A stretch of DNA of 5,768 nt, taken from positions 1 through 5,768 of the forward strand of contig JAIRLP010000080.1 of NCBI GenBank assembly GCA_031259365.1, written 5' to 3'. Below are positions 1-4,694 of this stretch, piece by piece; within the stretch, counting starts at the first letter, position 1, and each line of letters starts with the position of its first letter. The position numbers were made by a program, and so were the translations under genes. Source of the stretch: Rickettsiales bacterium. Its GTDB lineage: Bacteria; Pseudomonadota; Alphaproteobacteria; Rs-D84. The notes under the pieces are model-generated. The model ran no database searches and was not told where the DNA came from. It worked only from the letters and a program-made list of their open reading frames with translations.

Positions 1-465
1 CAAGTGTGACCCGCGATGCAAAACATTTGCGGATTTTAATAATTGCTTTGCACGCGATTCTGCCGTATCTTCGTCCACACCATTTGCCAACATTGGCAGC
101 ACAACATTTTCTAATGCAGTAAAATCAGACAACAGATTATGGCGTTGATAAACAAATCCGATCTTACGGCGGCGCATCAAAGTACGCATTTCATCATCCA
201 TCTTTTGAACGGATGTACCAGATAATAAAATACTGCCACCCGACGGTTTATCCAACAATCCAACGCATTGCAGCAATGTTGATTTACCACAACCCGAAGG
301 CCCCACCATTGCAACAATTTCACCACGACGCAGATCAAATCCGCCACCACGTAAAATATGCAAAGGCTGCCCACCTTCCATAAAGGTTTTCTTGATATCC
401 CGTACGCTTAATACCACATCACCTTTTGGGGAAACTTTGGATAAAGATTTCAATATGTTTGTCAT
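1..465 (-). CDS. lolD: Lipoprotein-releasing ABC transporter ATP-binding protein LolD (N-terminal 155 codons; 3' end lies beyond the left edge)
   Basis: The minus-strand frame opens at ATG 465 and stays open to position 1. It is missing from the supplied track because no stop lies in the window. My translation: MTNILKSLSKVSPKGDVVLSVRDIKKTFMEGGQPLHILRGGGFDLRRGEIVAMVGPSGCGKSTLLQCVGLLDKPSGGSILLSGTSVQKMDDEMRTLMRRRKIGFVYQRHNLLSDFTALENVVLPMLANGVDEDTAESRAKQLLKSANVLHRGSHL. Walker A GPSGCGKST lies at 277..303. The Q-loop segment GFVYQRHNLLSDFTALENV closely parallels E. coli LolD as I recall it (GFIYQFHHLLPDFTALENV). An AAGGGGA RBS sits in the 17-nt gap after the upstream permease stop. Confidence 0.85.
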   Translation of the reverse strand, partial: MTNILKSLSKVSPKGDVVLSVRDIKKTFMEGGQPLHILRGGGFDLRRGEIVAMVGPSGCGKSTLLQCVGLLDKPSGGSILLSGTSVQKMDDEMRTLMRRRKIGFVYQRHNLLSDFTALENVVLPMLANGVDEDTAESRAKQLLKSANVLHRGSHL

Positions 466-482
466 GTCTGTGTCCCCTTTAA

Positions 483-1739
483 TTATTCGTTACGCAATAC
501 ATCTACTGGATCTGTATTTGCAGCACGCCACGCCGGATACAGTGTCGCCAAGAACGCCAATGCGACCGCAATCAATGCAATACCAATAACATTTGATGCG
601 ATCAATTTGGATGGCAATTCTGATAAATAATATAATTCTGATGGGAACAAATCACGCCCTGTTAACCATTGGAAGAATTGTCGGATTGGTTCAATATAAG
701 TTGCGATCAAGATACCCAAACCAGTTCCCAGCGCGGCCCCAATAACGCCAATGCTGGTTCCGGTCAAAATAAAGATCTTCATCATTGAATGACGGGATAC
801 GCCAAACGTACGCAATACGGCAATATCTTTGGATTTATCTTTTACCATCATAACCAGTGAAGATACGATGTTAAATGCAGCCACAATAACGATCAACATT
901 AATATAAGGAACATCACATTAGATTCAACCTGCAACGCGCCCACAAAGCCGCGATTTAAATCACGCCAGTCACGGACCACAAAACCTTCTGGCAATAATG
1001 TAGACAATGAATCACGAACAGCTGTTGTTTTTTCTGGATCTTTCAAAAACAGATCAATGTGTGTGACACTTTCACCGATGTTCAAATATTTTTGTGCAGT
1101 TTCGATTGGCATAAAGATATAACCAGAATCATATTCATACATTCCCATAAAGAATGAAGACATAACTGGATAAGACATAATACGTGGCATCATGCCAAAT
1201 GCTGTTGGCGTACCACCATTTGCAGATACCAATGATACTTTGTCACCCATTGTCACACGCAAAGATCTGGACAATGAATTACCCATGATTAATTCACCGT
1301 CTTTGATTGCATCCAAAGCTTTGCCATAAATCTTGGTGCTGTTAACCGTCTTGGCTTTTAGATCAGACAGACGAATGCCGCGAACCATGGCGCCTGAATT
1401 GTTACCATTGGCGGACACCATTACTTGGCCTTCGGCAATTGGCACAATACCAGTTGCGTGCGCGGCCACAACTTTGTTCTGTTTCATTTTATCGATCAAA
1501 AAATCATAATCTTGGATTGCGCCATCTTGGTGGTAAACAACCACATGCCCATTCATCCCAACAATACGAGACAGCAATGTATCATGGAAACCGCCCATCA
1601 CAGACATCACAACAATCAATGTTGCAACACCCAGCATAATCCCCAACAATGAAATCCATGAAATAATGGACGTAAATTTTTCTTTGCGTTTTGCGCGCAA
1701 ATACCGGAAAGCGACCTTTCTTTCTAATTTTGAAAACAT
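483..1739 (-). CDS. lolC: Lipoprotein-releasing system transmembrane permease, LolC/LolE family (FtsX/MacB-type; the only permease gene next to lolD, so possibly a LolF-like homodimer)
   Basis: 418-aa ORF with an ATG start. The N-terminus KVAFRYLRAKRKEKFTSIISWISLLGIMLGVATLIVVMSVMGGF is the characteristic LolC/E opening (RYLR..., TM1, SVMxGF). A roughly 200-aa periplasmic domain separates TM1 from a C-terminal three-TM FtsX-type bundle (VMFLILMLIVIVAAFNIVSSLVMMVKDKSKDIAVLRTFG...). Length and position directly upstream of lolD match Lol operons. The C-versus-E (or F) subtype cannot be decided by eye, so the symbol is approximate. Confidence 0.85.
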   Translation of the reverse strand: MFSKLERKVAFRYLRAKRKEKFTSIISWISLLGIMLGVATLIVVMSVMGGFHDTLLSRIVGMNGHVVVYHQDGAIQDYDFLIDKMKQNKVVAAHATGIVPIAEGQVMVSANGNNSGAMVRGIRLSDLKAKTVNSTKIYGKALDAIKDGELIMGNSLSRSLRVTMGDKVSLVSANGGTPTAFGMMPRIMSYPVMSSFFMGMYEYDSGYIFMPIETAQKYLNIGESVTHIDLFLKDPEKTTAVRDSLSTLLPEGFVVRDWRDLNRGFVGALQVESNVMFLILMLIVIVAAFNIVSSLVMMVKDKSKDIAVLRTFGVSRHSMMKIFILTGTSIGVIGAALGTGLGILIATYIEPIRQFFQWLTGRDLFPSELYYLSELPSKLIASNVIGIALIAVALAFLATLYPAWRAANTDPVDVLRNE

Positions 1740-1757
1740 TTAAAAACCTTTTTAATT

Positions 1758-3095
1758 TTACATATCCAAGTAATCGCGCAGATCATCGCCAAACAACGGC
1801 GTCATGTTCTGGCTTGGCATCCCGGCATCGGCGATAGAGATTATGCGCGGGGACATAAACACGACCAACTCGGCAAATGGGCTGATCAGTGTTTCAGGTT
1901 CTGTTACAAATGAATGTGTTGGAATACCAATAATCACATAATTGTCACCGGGTGAACTTGGGATCTTGAATGATGTCAATTCACCGGCATTTGTACGCAG
2001 AACAATTTTAGAATCAATTTTCTTGGTTCCTGCATAATCACCGTATTTACCAGTTGCGCCGATCGTCAAATCAGTTTCCAGTCTTTCTTCTTTGCCACAC
2101 TGACCGATATCAAAGCGTGATTGCCATCCGTTTGGAATCACGAATGTTCCTTGGGAAATCAAAACAACGTTACCCTGGGACCCCAAGAATTCTTGCAATG
2201 TTTTGGTATTGATTTCCGGACTGGTCACCAGCGCACGACCAACGACACCTGGGATGGACATTCTGACATTCTTATCACCAAATGCCGGCAACATATTCAT
2301 CCAAATGATTGGATTGTCTGTACGTGGATAGACGCGGTATACATCAATATCCCACGCAACCATATATTTCTTGGAACCAACATCTGCGACAATTCTGCCA
2401 ACTTCGCGTTCTGTTTGATAATTGCCTTCGAATGTCACAGTCTTGTCTTTCCAATCAACTAACAAGTTGCGCAGGTCTGCACCATGCATAGCATCCAACA
2501 ACGCCATAATGATATTTTCATCTTTTGGCATTTTCATCAACCATTTTGCACGATGCATCAAATGAATTTCTTTGGCATCATCTTCATATGAATAATAAGC
2601 GCGTCCCATCTTGGCGATCAATTCAACAGTATCAGCCAATGATCCAGATTGAATAGAACCCGTAATTTTTTCTGGCAGGTCTTCATCTTCGATCACACTG
2701 ATATTTGTACCGTCCAACAGTTTATCCAGTGTCTCGCGGACTGTCAGTTTTGTAAATTCATAATCATTTACATTAAACGAAGGCAGTGGATCACCAACAT
2801 CCAGACGTACAATTTCAATCTTTTCTTCTGGGATAACAGACAATACGTTTTGGTTATTCCAATCTACTTTACAGCGTTTTGGCAATTCAATAGAAAAACG
2901 GCGCGCTGTATCTGTGGTTAGCGCGGCTTTCTTTGGAAAGATTGGCACAGAATTTTCATCAATAACCAGATTGTTAATAACCTGCACCGTGTCATATTGT
3001 GTTTGGTTCTGCCGACCAAACTGTTGGGTGCACCCCAAGATTGCCGGCACAACCGCCAAACCGCATATTATTCTAATAAATTTTGAATTCTTCAT
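1758..3095 (-). CDS. Outer-membrane lipoprotein with secretin-like architecture (putative liposecretin); function unknown
   Basis: 445-aa ORF with ATG at 3095 and an AGGA/GGGG RBS in the 15-nt gap upstream. The lipoprotein signal peptide is MKNSKFIRIICGLAVVPAILG|C (lipobox ILGC, Cys22, +2 Thr). Residues about 113-180 (TKLTVRETLDKLLDGTNISVIEDEDLPEKITGSIQSGSLADTVELIAKMGRAYYSYEDDAKEIHL) read like an STN/N0 domain. Residues about 193-255 read like an N1-type domain ending in DIDVYRV. Residues about 249-420 follow the secretin-core pattern: LQEFLGSQGNVVLISQGTFVIPNGWQSRFDIGQ, then GDNYVIIGI, then AELVVFMSPRII, matching the canonical ...ELLvFitPrIv ending. That it is a real CDS is high confidence. 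The secretin assignment is moderate and rests on pattern reading only. Confidence 0.65.
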   Translation of the reverse strand: MKNSKFIRIICGLAVVPAILGCTQQFGRQNQTQYDTVQVINNLVIDENSVPIFPKKAALTTDTARRFSIELPKRCKVDWNNQNVLSVIPEEKIEIVRLDVGDPLPSFNVNDYEFTKLTVRETLDKLLDGTNISVIEDEDLPEKITGSIQSGSLADTVELIAKMGRAYYSYEDDAKEIHLMHRAKWLMKMPKDENIIMALLDAMHGADLRNLLVDWKDKTVTFEGNYQTEREVGRIVADVGSKKYMVAWDIDVYRVYPRTDNPIIWMNMLPAFGDKNVRMSIPGVVGRALVTSPEINTKTLQEFLGSQGNVVLISQGTFVIPNGWQSRFDIGQCGKEERLETDLTIGATGKYGDYAGTKKIDSKIVLRTNAGELTSFKIPSSPGDNYVIIGIPTHSFVTEPETLISPFAELVVFMSPRIISIADAGMPSQNMTPLFGDDLRDYLDM

Positions 3096-3110
3096 ATCTA
3101 CCCCAGTCCT

Positions 3111-3434
3111 TTATATGTTCATGACTTTTTCAAATTCTTCCAAAGTCATTTCATGTATTGGTTTCTGCGTTGGCGTGGTTAGGGTTTGAACCTTTTGGTA
3201 TTGATCCCTAAATCTTTCTATCACGGCTGCGACTTCTGCGTTTATTGGCGTTTTGTCGCTTTGCATTTTCATTGCATAGTCTACTATAAATTCCAGCGTG
3301 TCCGCAGCAAAAAAACGTCCCACATAGTTTTCCATGGCAATTCCCCCCTTTTGCACACAAATAGCGGACATAATTGTCGTCATTTGGTTGTAAAAATTAG
3401 CCAGTCTAATAAAATTATCTACACTATGTGCCAT
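3111..3434 (-). CDS. Hypothetical small cytoplasmic protein (107 aa), first gene of the secretin-like/lol cluster
   Basis: The track ORF 3111..3488 begins at a TTG with no RBS. The in-frame ATG at 3434 is preceded by GAAAGGCGGGACCA (GAAAGG/GGCGGGA RBS) and lies downstream of a candidate TATAAT. Product: MAHSVDNFIRLANFYNQMTTIMSAICVQKGGIAMENYVGRFFAADTLEFIVDYAMKMQSDKTPINAEVAAVIERFRDQYQKVQTLTTPTQKPIHEMTLEEFEKVMNI. It has no signal peptide, no TM segment and no motif I recognise. The composition looks helical with an acidic C-terminus. Its stop is 15 nt before the next gene's ATG. Confidence 0.6.
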   Translation of the reverse strand: MAHSVDNFIRLANFYNQMTTIMSAICVQKGGIAMENYVGRFFAADTLEFIVDYAMKMQSDKTPINAEVAAVIERFRDQYQKVQTLTTPTQKPIHEMTLEEFEKVMNI

Positions 3435-3458
3435 TGGTCCCGCCTTTCTCTTTCCCTT

Positions 3459-3488
3459 ATTATAAAAACTATTGCCCCAGTAAAGCAA
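3459..3488 (-). promoter_or_regulatory. Candidate sigma70-type promoter for the small-protein/secretin-like/lolCD cluster
   Basis: Minus-strand reading gives TTGCTT (3488..3483), an 18-nt spacer, then a perfect TATAAT (3464..3459). The predicted TSS near 3452 leaves a leader of about 18 nt containing the RBS for ATG 3434. Sequence match only. Confidence 0.35.
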
Positions 3489-3500
3489 TTAAATTATAAT
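3472..3500 (+). promoter_or_regulatory. Candidate sigma70-type promoter for the small lipoprotein gene
   Basis: TTGCCC (3472..3477), a 17-nt spacer, then a perfect TATAAT (3495..3500). The predicted TSS near 3507-3508 would give ATG 3511 a very short leader and exclude ATG 3499. It overlaps the minus-strand promoter candidate. Sequence match only. Confidence 0.3.
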
Positions 3501-3510
3501 GGAAACCATA

Positions 3511-3897
3511 ATGATAGGAAAAGTCAGACTTTTATCTCTTTTGCTTATTTTGGCTGCTTGTTCATCCGTGAATACAGGCAGTATTGATGATGCAACTATT
3601 TTAAACTGGGAAAATGAAATGGTTACCACCGAACAGTTTGTTCGTGATCACAGAAGATGTTTGGGAATAACTCGCCCTGCCCATGCGCCAAGATCCAGGA
3701 TAGCCAAATTGATCTCTCCTAACCAAAGTGGCCAAATGCCAGATTGGGATGGATTATGGGTTACTTTCCAGTCAAACGAACACCAAGATGTTGGCCAACG
3801 CTCGTTAATGTCAATCCCCCCTAATTCCAGTTCTAAATCTGTTGGCGCATACCGTAAATGCATGTTCAGACGCGGATATTTGTTACGGGCTAGTTAA
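3511..3897 (+). CDS. Small lipoprotein (128 aa precursor), unknown function
   Basis: The track ORF starts at ATG 3499 (METIM...). ATG 3511 gives a textbook lipoprotein signal peptide, MIGKVRLLSLLLILAA|C (lipobox LAAC, Cys codon 3559..3561, +2 Ser), with GGAA 6 nt upstream. The mature part is polar and carries two further cysteines (HRRCLG and YRKCMFRRGY near the C-terminus). The antisense ORF 3648..3863 is a shadow. Confidence 0.75.
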   Translation: MIGKVRLLSLLLILAACSSVNTGSIDDATILNWENEMVTTEQFVRDHRRCLGITRPAHAPRSRIAKLISPNQSGQMPDWDGLWVTFQSNEHQDVGQRSLMSIPPNSSSKSVGAYRKCMFRRGYLLRAS

Positions 3898-3943
3898 AAA
3901 ACACCAAAATCATCAGCCAAGTCTTTTTTCTTAGACCTTTTTG

Positions 3944-3952
3944 TGGTATAAT
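3944..3952 (+). promoter_or_regulatory. Candidate extended -10 promoter (TGgTATAAT) upstream of ftsQ
   Basis: TGGTATAAT at 3944..3952 is an exact TGnTATAAT extended -10 element. There is no good -35 at 17-nt spacing, which is tolerated for extended -10 promoters. The predicted TSS near 3959 is upstream of the AGGA RBS and TTG 3981. Confidence 0.35.
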
Positions 3953-3980
3953 TTTGCATATATTTAAGCAAGGAAATAAA

Positions 3981-4664
3981 TTGAAAAAGTCTTTTTGGTT
4001 TTGGTTGTGTTTTTTGGTCGCTATTATCTTGGCGATCTATTTTGCATCGCGTATTATTATGACATCGTTGGGTCATGGTGACTCTGCCACCATTAAATCT
4101 ATATCTATTTCATCTGATTCTGGAAAACATAATTTGTCTGCGATCGCAACATTTGCAGGGATTGCACCTGGCACCAAAACTTATTCTGTTAATTTGGATG
4201 ATATCAATGCCCGAATTGCCACGGTGCCGGATGTTAAAACGTCCGCCGTACGACGTCTGCCAAACGGAAATCTGGCGATCAAGGTCAAATTACACAAAGC
4301 GGTCGCACTGTGGACTGATGGCGAAAAATTTTACCCCCTGTCTGCCGATGGCACAATCGTCAAAAGACCGATTGATCAGCGACCCGCAAATACCATTGTT
4401 TTCAAAGGGACACTGTCGGCTGACATTTCTGAAATTGCCAAGATCGCCCATAATTTGACACCTCATCTGGATTATCTGGAATGGATAGAAGATCGCCGTT
4501 GGAATATTCAAACAAATGGCGGTATCACTGTTATGTTACCAGAAGTTGATCCAATAGCATCCATCAGCGCATTAAGCCTGATGGATAAAAACCATCAAAT
4601 TTTGTCCCGCAAGATTACTGTTTTGGATATGCGTGACAGTGCCAGAATACTGGTTAAACAATAA
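3981..4664 (+). CDS. ftsQ: Cell division protein FtsQ (bitopic, POTRA domain)
   Basis: The track ORF 3954..4664 starts at a TTG with no RBS. The in-frame TTG at 3981 has AGGA (3971..3974) at 6-nt spacing and lies downstream of an extended -10 element, so I prefer 3981; 3954 remains possible. The N-terminal TM is FWFWLCFLVAIILAIYFASRII. A POTRA-like segment follows (IKSISISS...LDDINARIATVPDVKTSAVRRLPNGNLAIKVKLHKAVALW). The FtsQ C-terminal signature is present (RRWNIQTNGGITVMLPE...ITVLDMRDSARILVK). ftsA follows directly. Confidence 0.85.
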   Translation: MKKSFWFWLCFLVAIILAIYFASRIIMTSLGHGDSATIKSISISSDSGKHNLSAIATFAGIAPGTKTYSVNLDDINARIATVPDVKTSAVRRLPNGNLAIKVKLHKAVALWTDGEKFYPLSADGTIVKRPIDQRPANTIVFKGTLSADISEIAKIAHNLTPHLDYLEWIEDRRWNIQTNGGITVMLPEVDPIASISALSLMDKNHQILSRKITVLDMRDSARILVKQ

Positions 4665-4694
4665 AAACATTGGACAGCAAACGGAGATCTTGGG

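Noticed and set aside
177-589. ORFs 177..374 (-) and 392..589 (+)
   Set aside because: 177..374 is an alternative frame inside lolD, whose true frame carries the Walker A and Q-loop motifs. 392..589 is antisense across the lolD start and the lolC/E stop.
829-3189. Plus-strand ORFs 829..1122, 1425..1652, 1439..1639, 2121..2462, 2309..2491, 2649..2921 and 2914..3189
   Set aside because: All are antisense to the long, motif-bearing lolC/E and secretin-like ORFs. They have odd compositions (Cys/His/Asn-rich), no RBS and no recognisable motifs.
3343-3348. Homopolymer tracts as phase-variation switches: C6 at 3343..3348 (G6 in the 107-aa gene), C6 at 3816..3821 (small lipoprotein) and A8 at 5239..5246 (ftsA)
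   Set aside because: The tracts are shorter than those usually associated with slipped-strand phase variation, one lies in an essential gene, and all keep the reading frame intact. They are noted only because G/C runs are slightly unexpected in AT-rich DNA.
3435-3488. An 18-codon N-terminal extension of the small minus-strand ORF (track start at 3488, MLYWGNSFYNKGKRKAGP...)
   Set aside because: The start at 3488 is a TTG with no RBS and lies on top of the candidate -35 and -10 elements. The in-frame ATG at 3434 has a good RBS. The extension is lysine- and glycine-rich and looks non-coding.
3499-3510. ATG 3499 as the start of the small lipoprotein (METIMIGK...)
   Set aside because: It has no RBS and overlaps the perfect TATAAT at 3495..3500. 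ATG 3511 gives a canonical n-region/h-region/lipobox signal peptide. This is not excluded, only less likely.
3186-3587. 133-aa plus-strand ORF spanning the small minus-strand gene and the divergent promoter region
   Set aside because: Its composition is Cys/His/Phe/Tyr-rich and non-protein-like. It is antisense to a better ORF and out of frame across the lipoprotein signal peptide. It is a shadow ORF typical of AT-rich DNA.
3921-3943. Possible rho-independent terminator after the small lipoprotein gene (gtct...agac followed by cttttt)
   Set aside because: The stem is only about 4 bp with an 8-nt T-rich loop, which is far too weak to call.
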